From assembly GCA_029932365.1 (NCBI GenBank), contig JAOZQG010000005.1, positions 1 through 47,518 of the forward strand: a stretch of DNA of 47,518 nt, read 5' to 3'. Below, piece after piece: positions 24,079 to 33,803 of the stretch (the stretch's first letter is position 1; every line of letters begins with the position of its first letter). This stretch comes from a bacterium (GTDB lineage: Bacteria; 4484-113). A program made the position numbers and the translations under genes. Below the pieces are notes generated by a model. It was not told the DNA's origin. It saw only the letters and a program-made list of their open reading frames with translations, and did not search any database.

Positions 24079-26657
24079 GGCAAGTCCTGAAATCAATCGG
24101 TAATTCTACTGTCTGGATACTGCTGGCGATTCTATTCGCCACTGTGCAGTTGCAGGCGAGCGAGATCACCAGCGTATCCGCAACCAATCCCGAGGGGCGA
24201 GTCGTTCTTTCGGTCGAAGCCGACGCCACGCCAGAATTCAAGCAGCATATCGACTATGCCGAATGGATGATGCTGGTGGACTTCCCCGGCCTTTCTCTCA
24301 GCCCCACCCTCACTACATCCTCCTATGATTTTCACGAGGATGTGGCCGAATGGGTGCGCGGGTATCGGCTTGAGAGCACGCCCGCGGGATCAAGGCTGGT
24401 CATTCTTCTCGGTGAGCGGGCAACCCCGCTGCGCATCGAGACCGACCGGCGCGGGAATACGCTAACCATAGCTATTCCCACGAAGGACGAGGGTGAGGAC
24501 CTGCTCACGGTGCCACTTGGTTTCATGGACCCTCCCATCAGCTTCTGGGAAATAACAGCCAAGGACGGCGCCTACCGAGTGACGCCGCTTGAGCTCCAGC
24601 CCGTGCCCGAAGAGCGCGTGGAAGTCGCTGAAGCCGCGCCGCAGCCGGAACCAGATGCGCCAACAGAACCCGGATCCTTACCTTATGCGGAAGAGCTGCC
24701 CTCGTTCAACATCCCCCGGGGCATCGAGCAGCTTCCACCGGGGGGCGAGGTTGAGGGGATGGGCGAAGAAGAAAAAGCCGCCGTGAGTTTCTCTTTCGAG
24801 CTGGCATCGCAGGAAGATTCCGCCAAAACCGAATACAGCTTCGAAGACTTCGCGCATCCTGTGACGGTTTCCCCCAAAGCAGAATCCGAGCCGGCCGCTG
24901 AAACCGCCTCTGGGTCCGAGCCTGAGCCCGTAATCGAGAGCGCTCCTGAACCTGAAACTGAAGTCGCTTCCGAGCCCGAATCCGTCGTTGAAACGCCCGC
25001 TCCCGCAGAACCGAAGCCTGCTGCCGAGCCTGCACCCGAGCCGGTTGCCGAAACCGAAATTTCTCCTGAGCCAAAGGCTGAAGAGGAAACATCGCCTATA
25101 CTTGAAGTGCTGACCGAAGAAGAGTTGATGGAGCTAACGAAGCACCCGAACGAGGCGATTATCCGGCTTGATGAAGGCCAGTACGTGAAAGAGTCTGTTG
25201 AGACGCAAAGCGAACTGGCTGTCAGCGGGGAGCTTCCCCCGGAGGGCAAGCGCGAACGGTCCGGCTGGATGAAATCGGATGACCGCCCTGTCCCACCGGA
25301 TACGCCCCGCAAATACGGAAAGTACCCGTACCCCTGGGACGTGAAGCGTCAGAAAGCACCGCCGGGGCCGCTTCCGGAGAAAGAATGGCTCACGCTGCCA
25401 TTGCTGGAACGCGAGAGAATTACCTTTGAGTGGGTCGATGGCTCGCTGAGCCAGGCAATCAGCCTGATGGTGGCGTCCACATCATTCAATGTGATAATCG
25501 ACGATGCGGTTCCTGAAACCAACGTGACTCTGTCGTTCCGCGATACGCCGCTAAGCGAAGCTCTGGAAACGCTAACCGCGGCTAACAATTTATCGTACAG
25601 CGTAGTGCACAATACTATCATCGTGGGAAACCGCGATGACATCGGCCGCCGCCTGGGAGGGTACATCACCCGTAGCTTCTATCTAAACTACGCGGACGCG
25701 GAAGCCGTAAAGAACGTGCTCGTTAGCAACGGCCTGGTTGAGGAGAAAAACGTCGGAGTTTATAACGGCGAGGCCGAATCTATGCCCGTAAGAACCGGTG
25801 GGACAATGCTCTCGGAAGGTGAAGGTGGTGTGACCGCGGGGGATATCCGCGAAATGACCAGCCTGATCTCCACAGCCCGGCGTAATACTCTTATAGTTAC
25901 CGAAACGCCGGAGCAAATGGAAATTATCGCCCAGGTTGTCGCTGACATTGACCGCAAACCCAAAGTTGTAACCCTGGAATCCTCTATCGTAGAAATAACC
26001 GAGGATGGGCTGAAAAACCTGGGCTTCGAACTGCCCGACACTATAGGCACAACTGTTCGGGAGCAAACGCCTGTGTCTAGCGATGGCATTCCACTGGGGT
26101 TATGGCTGCAAACGCTACACAGAGACCCGTATTCGGTGGCCTGGGATCTACAGGTTCAAATTGAGAAGGGCAACGCTCGCATTCTCTCCCGTCCGAACCT
26201 TACAGCAATTGACGGTACGCAGGCCATCTATTTCGCGGGCCGCCTGGTCCCCTATATCAGCCGCCCGGCTGTGGAAACTGGCGCAACTTACACGCCGCCG
26301 GAGGTGAAGTTCCAGGCGGTGGGCATCACGCTCTCGTTCAAGCCGCGAGTGGACAGCGAGGACAATATCACCATTGAGGTTAATCCCTCGGTCTCCACGT
26401 TGCTCGAATTCATTGATCTCGGGCAGGGCGCGAGAGCGCCAAATACCCAGACACGCCAGGTGACAACCACCGTTCGAGTCGAGAACCGCGAGACCTTCGT
26501 CATCGCCGGCCTTCTGTCAGAGGAGGAACGGGAGAACCTGCGCAAGATCCCGCTTCTGTCAGAACTCCCCCTGTTCGGCCAGCTATTCCGGAGCACCGAG
26601 AAAACACGGGAGCGAACCGAGATTATGGTGTTTGTCACACCGGTCGTTCACGAGTAG
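24075..26657 (+). CDS. pilQ: Type IV pilus secretin PilQ (AMIN, long acidic linker, N0, N1, secretin)
   Basis: C-terminal secretin domain: ILSRPNLTAIDGTQAIYFAG...TRQVTTTVRVENRETFVIAGLLSEEERENLRKIPLLSELPLFGQLFRSTEKTRERTEIMVFVTPVV. N0: SLSQAISLMVASTSFNVIIDD...LSEALETLTAANNLSY. Confidence 0.92.
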   Translation: MRQVLKSIGNSTVWILLAILFATVQLQASEITSVSATNPEGRVVLSVEADATPEFKQHIDYAEWMMLVDFPGLSLSPTLTTSSYDFHEDVAEWVRGYRLESTPAGSRLVILLGERATPLRIETDRRGNTLTIAIPTKDEGEDLLTVPLGFMDPPISFWEITAKDGAYRVTPLELQPVPEERVEVAEAAPQPEPDAPTEPGSLPYAEELPSFNIPRGIEQLPPGGEVEGMGEEEKAAVSFSFELASQEDSAKTEYSFEDFAHPVTVSPKAESEPAAETASGSEPEPVIESAPEPETEVASEPESVVETPAPAEPKPAAEPAPEPVAETEISPEPKAEEETSPILEVLTEEELMELTKHPNEAIIRLDEGQYVKESVETQSELAVSGELPPEGKRERSGWMKSDDRPVPPDTPRKYGKYPYPWDVKRQKAPPGPLPEKEWLTLPLLERERITFEWVDGSLSQAISLMVASTSFNVIIDDAVPETNVTLSFRDTPLSEALETLTAANNLSYSVVHNTIIVGNRDDIGRRLGGYITRSFYLNYADAEAVKNVLVSNGLVEEKNVGVYNGEAESMPVRTGGTMLSEGEGGVTAGDIREMTSLISTARRNTLIVTETPEQMEIIAQVVADIDRKPKVVTLESSIVEITEDGLKNLGFELPDTIGTTVREQTPVSSDGIPLGLWLQTLHRDPYSVAWDLQVQIEKGNARILSRPNLTAIDGTQAIYFAGRLVPYISRPAVETGATYTPPEVKFQAVGITLSFKPRVDSEDNITIEVNPSVSTLLEFIDLGQGARAPNTQTRQVTTTVRVENRETFVIAGLLSEEERENLRKIPLLSELPLFGQLFRSTEKTRERTEIMVFVTPVVHE

Positions 26658-26672
26658 CGTAAAGGCGTGCAT

Positions 26673-27707
26673 ATGAGTGGTTGCCGTAAATTAGCGATTA
26701 TATGGCTGATGGTTCTGGGGCTGCTGCTGGCGGCAGCCCCCGCCACAGCTAAGACCTTCTACGGGGACGTCTATATCGGCATTAGCTTCGGTTCAATGAC
26801 CAGCCTAATGCAGGGCATGGACCTCGGCGGGCTGAGCCCGGATATGACGGGCCAGCTCAAGCTCCCTTTCCGCGCCAAGGTGTACTACCAGGACGGCATT
26901 CTGCGCCTAGATGCAGAGCTTCCATCCATGGGAAGCCTAGCCGACGCGGGCGTTGATAAGCCCGCGGGAAGTTCTCAGGTATTAAGCCTTCTTATCGACT
27001 ACGAAACCTCCGACCTCGTACTTCTAAATCACGCCAGCCGCCGCGCATACCGGTTGACAGTACCACCGGAGCTCCAAAAACTCATCCGCCCTAAGGACCC
27101 CATGGCCGTTCTTACAAGCAAGGAATTCGTTGAAGCGTTTAATCAGGAAGGCGTAAAGTACCTGGGGACTAAACGCCTTAAAGCCCGCTCTTTCAGTGGT
27201 TTAAAGGCAGACGGTATCGAGATGTCGTTCAGGGTGATGATACCTCAGGCGGACCTGGCGGAGATGAAAGAAGCCGGCATCGACTTCGACTCCCGATTCA
27301 CGCTACAGTTTTACCTGGAAAAGGAAACCCAGTTCCCGCTTCTCTATAAAATAGACTCGTCAATATTCAGTGCGGTTTTCCAGCTGGCAAACCTGAAGCG
27401 TGACCGCTTACCGGATGTGCTGTTTGACATACCCGCTTTCTACGCTGTTGAAAGCTACACCGTAGACGACCTCGAACGTCTTATGAAGGCCGTAACCAGG
27501 GACATTGGACTGGGCGAGACGTTCACCGTTCCCCCTGAAGTGGTCGAGGAGCTCAAGCCCGAGGAAGCTCCTCAAGTTCCTCCTAGACCGGAAGTGGGTG
27601 AACTGGACGAATCAGAAAAGGCAGAAGGTGAAGACGAAGAAACCCAGGACGGCGATGAAGAAGAGGATAAAAGAGAACCAATAGTGCCTCCTGCCATGTA
27701 CGGTTAG
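26673..27707 (+). CDS. Secreted hypothetical protein (possible LolA/DUF4412-like fold) with an acidic tail
   Basis: Signal peptide CRKLAIIWLMVLGLLLAAAPATA|KT. No motif recognised. C-terminus is EDEETQDGDEEEDK. Starts 16 nt after the pilQ stop. Confidence 0.6.
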   Translation: MSGCRKLAIIWLMVLGLLLAAAPATAKTFYGDVYIGISFGSMTSLMQGMDLGGLSPDMTGQLKLPFRAKVYYQDGILRLDAELPSMGSLADAGVDKPAGSSQVLSLLIDYETSDLVLLNHASRRAYRLTVPPELQKLIRPKDPMAVLTSKEFVEAFNQEGVKYLGTKRLKARSFSGLKADGIEMSFRVMIPQADLAEMKEAGIDFDSRFTLQFYLEKETQFPLLYKIDSSIFSAVFQLANLKRDRLPDVLFDIPAFYAVESYTVDDLERLMKAVTRDIGLGETFTVPPEVVEELKPEEAPQVPPRPEVGELDESEKAEGEDEETQDGDEEEDKREPIVPPAMYG

Positions 27708-27790
27708 CCACGAAGTGCGGTACAGCTCATGCTGCTTTATCAACCCCGTAGAACTGAACTTCTTCACTGTGTGGCGAGTTCGCTTTAGTG

Positions 27791-27799
27791 TGATAGAAT
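27791..27799 (+). promoter_or_regulatory. Extended -10 TGaTAGAAT upstream of the first SurA-N-like gene
   Basis: tgatagaat lies 31 nt upstream of ATG 27831. An AAGGAGA SD is present. Confidence 0.4.
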
Positions 27800-27830
27800 A
27801 CTGAGCTAAATTCCTATAAGGAGAATTCCA

Positions 27831-28745
27831 ATGATTCGAAGCCTAAACATCGTTGCTTTCGTTGCGGTGCTCTTGGCTCTAATGAGCGCCTGCACAATCA
27901 CCCCGGACACCTACACGATAGCAACCGTGAATGACCATAGAATTACCCTAAAGGATATCCAGGAAAATCCCAACTTTAGGCGGGTCGTAGATGAAACGAT
28001 AATGAAAATACTATTCACCGACGCCGCTGCCGAAAAGGGCATCACAGTCTCCGAGGAACAGGTTGACGAAGAGATTGAGAGGATGAGAGAAGGCCTCGGC
28101 GGTGAGAAAGCGATGCAGGAATACCTGAAGGCAGAGGGCAGAACGATGCAGGACATGCGGGAGTACTTCGAATTCACTCAATTAATTATGGCGTTGCTGG
28201 AATCCAAAGTGGAAGCTACGGATGAAAAAGTCAGGGCAGAATTCGAGATGAATCCCGACTTTTACCGAAGGCAATATGCCAGGGAGCATAACCTTACGGT
28301 GGACGAAGCGGAAAACCTTACATTCGAGGATATGAAGGACTATCTTATCGAGCAGTACAAAAGGAATATGTCCGGCCAGCTATTTGAGCCCACGCTAAAT
28401 GAACTGAAGGCTAAAGCTAACATCGAGTACGTCTATCTGCCCCCGGAGCAACGCGCGAGGATAAAGGCAGAAGAAGAGCAAATGGCCGAACTTGAAGCAT
28501 CGGAGAAAGCAGAGAGCGTTCCCGACGAAGCCATTCAGGAGGACGGTTCGGGAGAGGAGCCTGCTCCGGAGGCTGAAGAAGCGGCAGAAGAAGCTGAAGC
28601 TGACGCAGAAGAGACCGGTGCCGACGAGGAAACGCCAGAAGAAGGCGATGAATCAGCCACCGCGAACGGCGCAGTCGAAACCGAGTCTGAAGGAGACGAA
28701 ACCGACGCCGAGGATGGTTCCGGGCAGGAGCAATCCGGTAGCTAA
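27831..28745 (+). CDS. SurA N-terminal-domain-like periplasmic chaperone lipoprotein without a PPIase domain, ~85-aa hyper-acidic tail
   Basis: Lipobox LLALMSAC. IATVNDHRITLKDIQ...VVDETIMKILFTDAAAEKGITVSEEQVDEEIERMRE is the SurA_N/PpiD-like pattern. No rotamase motif. Confidence 0.6.
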   Translation: MIRSLNIVAFVAVLLALMSACTITPDTYTIATVNDHRITLKDIQENPNFRRVVDETIMKILFTDAAAEKGITVSEEQVDEEIERMREGLGGEKAMQEYLKAEGRTMQDMREYFEFTQLIMALLESKVEATDEKVRAEFEMNPDFYRRQYAREHNLTVDEAENLTFEDMKDYLIEQYKRNMSGQLFEPTLNELKAKANIEYVYLPPEQRARIKAEEEQMAELEASEKAESVPDEAIQEDGSGEEPAPEAEEAAEEAEADAEETGADEETPEEGDESATANGAVETESEGDETDAEDGSGQEQSGS

Positions 28746-28847
28746 ACATCTTCGCTGCGCTCACATTGCCGTGCAGCGAAATAGCGGCATCCGGCAGTCG
28801 CCGGGGCAAATGCTTCGCATCGGCGGCGCAAACGGAAATACGAGCTT

Positions 28848-29672
28848 ATGACTGGACGCCAGAAACGGGAACTGCTGATACTTATTGCCGTTGTCGCAAT
28901 CGCACTGGTCGCGGGGAGTATCTTCCGCAGCTTCTCAGGCAACAAGGCACCGGAAGCGACGCAGCCGACACAGCGCCCTCGCGTGGCCGCCACCGTTAAC
29001 GGGGCGGAGATCCTGTCAGGAGATGTTGACAAGTACTATAAGGCTACACTGAGCATGCTTGATATGGAAGACGACGAGATGCCGGCCCAGATGCGCCAGG
29101 AGGTACGCCGGACATCGCTGGCTCAGATAATAGACGAAACGCTGCTTATCAAAGGCGCAGAAGCACGGGGTATCTCCGTGACCGGCGAAGAGGTCGATTC
29201 CTTCATCGACTCTGAGATGAAAACCGGATTCCCCAACGAAAAGGAATTTCTGGAAAGCCTAGAAGCTGATGTCGGTTTCAACCTTGACGACCTCAGAAAA
29301 ATGGTGCGCCCATGGATTGCCAAGGAAAAAATGCTGGTACTGCTCGCTGCCGACTTAGAAGTGACAGACGAGGAGGTCGACGCTGAACTTGAAGCGTACC
29401 GGGAGATGATGAAGGACCACCCGGGAGGCGAAGTGCCCCTGCCCCCTCGTGAAGAAGTAGCCGCAGTATTGCTTGAACGCAAGGCCGAATCCGAATACGA
29501 AATATGGCTGGATATGTTGCTGGCGGAAGCCGATATCGAAATCCTCGATCCGGAACTACGGTCTCCTGAACCCGAAAGGGGCACTTCGGTCGCGGCGTCA
29601 GAAGAATCCGGCGAGCAGAATCACAACGGCCACTTGGATACGGGCGCGCATCCCGGCGAAACGGCCAAATAG
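28848..29672 (+). CDS. Second SurA N-terminal-domain-like chaperone without a PPIase domain
   Basis: N-terminal TM/signal anchor. VAATVNGAEILSGDVDKYY...LAQIIDETLLIKGAEARGISVTGEEVDSFIDSEM. Paralogous architecture to 27831..28745. Confidence 0.6.
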   Translation: MTGRQKRELLILIAVVAIALVAGSIFRSFSGNKAPEATQPTQRPRVAATVNGAEILSGDVDKYYKATLSMLDMEDDEMPAQMRQEVRRTSLAQIIDETLLIKGAEARGISVTGEEVDSFIDSEMKTGFPNEKEFLESLEADVGFNLDDLRKMVRPWIAKEKMLVLLAADLEVTDEEVDAELEAYREMMKDHPGGEVPLPPREEVAAVLLERKAESEYEIWLDMLLAEADIEILDPELRSPEPERGTSVAASEESGEQNHNGHLDTGAHPGETAK

Positions 29673-29706
29673 CTGCCTGTCGGCTGTTGGCCTGTGGCGC
29701 AACAGG

Positions 29707-29714
29707 TGTATAAT
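29707..29714 (+). promoter_or_regulatory. -10 element TGTATAAT upstream of ppdK
   Basis: ggtgtataat lies 54 nt upstream of GTG 29769. It is inside the ORF-track extension that starts at 29694. Confidence 0.4.
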
Positions 29715-29768
29715 TGGCCGTCTGAAATACAGGCTCGCGTGCCTACTACTACCGGGAGGGAAATCATC

Positions 29769-32438
29769 GTGAAAAGCAGCAACTGGGCCTACTCTTTTGA
29801 AGACGCCGACGGTTCTAACAAGGACCTGTTCGGAGGGAAAGGCGCCAATCTTGCAGCGATGACCGCGCTGGGGCTTCCGATCCCGCCGGGCTTTACTGTC
29901 ACAACAGAAGCTTGTCTCCGCTATTTCAAGGACAACGCTAATCTGCACGACGAGATTAAGGCTGAAGTAAAAGAGCAAATCGCCAAGCTGGAAAGCAAGC
30001 TGGGGCGGAAATTCGGAGACCCCGCAAATCCACTGCTCGTATCAGTCCGCTCGGGTGCGAAGGCGTCCATGCCGGGGATGATGGATACCATCCTCAATCT
30101 GGGGCTTAACGACGAAACCGCCGAAGGGCTGGCGGCGCTTACGGATAACAAGCGGTTTGCACTGGATTCGTATCGGCGCTTTATCCAGACGTTCAGCGAA
30201 GTCGTCTTGGGCATAGACCTGGACGAATTCGAGGCAATACTCACGAACATCCGCGAAGCGGCGGGCGTCCATTACGACTATCAGATCCCGGCTGAGGCCC
30301 TGGAGAGGCTATTAGCGGAATACAAAAAGGTCGTGGAACGGCACCGGGGAAACGGGCTTCCTCAGGACCCGATGGAACAGCTTTATATGGCTGTTTCCGC
30401 CGTGTTCGCCTCGTGGAACACGCCGAGAGCGAAAACTTACCGCAGACTCAATGCAATTCCCGATGATCTAGGTACCGCCGCCAACGTCCAGGCGATGGTG
30501 TTCGGCAACATGGGAGATAACAGCGGGACGGGCGTGGCATTTTCGCGCAATCCCAGCACGGGGGAACACAAGATTTATGGCGAGTTTCTGGTCAACGCCC
30601 AGGGCGAGGATGTCGTCGCGGGCATTCGCACGCCCCGGAGCATTGATTCTTTACAGGAATTGATGCCCGAGCAGGCAGAGGAGCTGTTCGACACTATCGA
30701 GCGGCTGGACCAGCATTTTAAGGATATGCAGGACGTGGAGTTTACTATTGAGGAAGGCAAGCTTTACATCCTCCAGACGCGCAGCGGGAAGCGCACCGGT
30801 GCGGCGGCACTCCGAATCGCCGTGGAATCGCAGGAGCAGGGCTACTTTGACAAGGAAGAGGCACTGATGCGCGTGGAACCCTCATCGCTCGACCAGCTGC
30901 TGCACAAGCAGGTGGACCCGACCGCCCCCGCGAAGCCTGTTGCGGAAGGGCTGAACGCCAGTCCCGGCGCCGCGGTCGGACGCATCGTGCTGGACCCCGA
31001 TCGTGCAACCCAGCTGGCCGCCGAAGGCCAGAAGCTCATCCTGGTGCGCAACGAGACCACGCCCGACGACATCCATGGCCTGAACGCCAGCGAAGGCGTG
31101 CTTACGGCGCGCGGTGGCATGACCAGCCACGCTGCGGTAGTGGCGCGCGGGATGGGCAAGCCGTGCGTCGCCGGCTGCACGGGAATGGAAGCGAACGAGG
31201 AAGCGGGCACGGTCACCTTTAAAGGCTACGACGGGACGCTGAAGGAAGGAGACTCCCTTACTATTGACGGAACGACCGGCAAAGCCTACATCGGCGAGCT
31301 GCCGCTGGTAGACCCCCAGATAGGCGATGATTTCGCCAAGTTTTTAGGCTGGGCCGACGAAGTGCGCCGCCTGGGTGTGCGCACCAACGCCGATAACCCC
31401 GTGGACACGCGGCGCGCCTACGAGTTCGGCGCGCAGGGCATCGGGCTGTGCCGCACCGAGCATATGTTCATGGAACAGGAGCGGCTGCCGCACGTGCGCG
31501 CGATGATACTCGCCGAGAACGAAGAAGAGCGGCGGGCGCACCTGGCCAAGATCAAGGAGTTCCAGCGCAGCGACTTTGAGGGTATCTTCCGTGAAATGCA
31601 CGGATATCCCGTGACCATCCGTCTGCTGGACCCGCCGCTCCACGAGTTTCTGCCCCACGACGAAGAAGAAATCGAGGAGGTCATCCGCTCCGTCAAGGGC
31701 GACACAACCGAGGACGAGATCGCGCGGCTCAAAGCGCGAGTGCTCAGCCTGCAAGAATCAAACCCCATGCTCGGATTCCGCGGCTGCCGCCTGGGACTGA
31801 TATATCCCGAAATCAACGAGATGCAGGTGGAGGCCATACTCGAAGCGGCGATCACCGTCAGACGCGAAGGCGAGCAGGTTGATCCGGAAATAATGATCCC
31901 GCTTTCCGGCGCCAGGGCGGAGCTGGCGCTAATTGAAGAAAAGCTGCGCCCCGTTGCCGAGGCCGTTTTCGAGCGCATGGGCGACCGTGTCGCATACAAG
32001 TTCGGCACCATGATTGAAGTCCCGCGCGCGGCTCTGACCGCGGACGAGATCGCCGAGGTGGCGGAGTTTTTTAGCTTCGGCACCAACGACCTGACGCAGA
32101 TGACGCTGGGCATTTCGCGCGACGACGCGGAGGAGAAATTCCTGCGCCAGTATGTGGATATGGGCATCTATGCGGCGAATCCGTTCGCCCAGCTTGACCA
32201 AACAGGTGTGGGACGGCTGGTGACGATGGCGGTGGAGCTGGGCCGCAAAACCCGTCCCGACCTCAAAATCGGTATTTGCGGCGAGCACGGAGGTGACCCC
32301 TCCTCCATCGATTTCTGCCACCGCAACGCGTTCGATTACGTCAGCTGTTCCCCGTTCAGGGTGCCCATCGCCCGCCTCGCGGCCGCCCAGAGCGCCATTC
32401 GCGCGAAGCGGGGGGAGCAGGTGCTGAAGCGGCTGTGA
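29769..32438 (+). CDS. ppdK: Pyruvate, phosphate dikinase (889 aa)
   Basis: WAYSFEDADGSNKDLFGGKGANLAAMT..., the phospho-His region TARGGMTSHAAVVARGMGKPCV, and the PEP-utilising C-domain GICGEHGGDPSS. GTG 29769 has a GGGAGGG SD. Confidence 0.93.
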   Translation: MKSSNWAYSFEDADGSNKDLFGGKGANLAAMTALGLPIPPGFTVTTEACLRYFKDNANLHDEIKAEVKEQIAKLESKLGRKFGDPANPLLVSVRSGAKASMPGMMDTILNLGLNDETAEGLAALTDNKRFALDSYRRFIQTFSEVVLGIDLDEFEAILTNIREAAGVHYDYQIPAEALERLLAEYKKVVERHRGNGLPQDPMEQLYMAVSAVFASWNTPRAKTYRRLNAIPDDLGTAANVQAMVFGNMGDNSGTGVAFSRNPSTGEHKIYGEFLVNAQGEDVVAGIRTPRSIDSLQELMPEQAEELFDTIERLDQHFKDMQDVEFTIEEGKLYILQTRSGKRTGAAALRIAVESQEQGYFDKEEALMRVEPSSLDQLLHKQVDPTAPAKPVAEGLNASPGAAVGRIVLDPDRATQLAAEGQKLILVRNETTPDDIHGLNASEGVLTARGGMTSHAAVVARGMGKPCVAGCTGMEANEEAGTVTFKGYDGTLKEGDSLTIDGTTGKAYIGELPLVDPQIGDDFAKFLGWADEVRRLGVRTNADNPVDTRRAYEFGAQGIGLCRTEHMFMEQERLPHVRAMILAENEEERRAHLAKIKEFQRSDFEGIFREMHGYPVTIRLLDPPLHEFLPHDEEEIEEVIRSVKGDTTEDEIARLKARVLSLQESNPMLGFRGCRLGLIYPEINEMQVEAILEAAITVRREGEQVDPEIMIPLSGARAELALIEEKLRPVAEAVFERMGDRVAYKFGTMIEVPRAALTADEIAEVAEFFSFGTNDLTQMTLGISRDDAEEKFLRQYVDMGIYAANPFAQLDQTGVGRLVTMAVELGRKTRPDLKIGICGEHGGDPSSIDFCHRNAFDYVSCSPFRVPIARLAAAQSAIRAKRGEQVLKRL

Positions 32439-33752
<1,314 letters not shown>

Positions 33753-33803
33753 CCACTCGCCGTATCACAGCCACAGGATTCGGCTGCCCGAAGATTGCCC
33801 GTC

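Noticed and set aside
12013-29672. The pilus cluster as a horizontally acquired island
   Set aside because: There is no flanking tRNA, integrase, direct repeat or IS. The promoter and SD style matches the rest of the window. The slightly lower GC by eye is not enough evidence.
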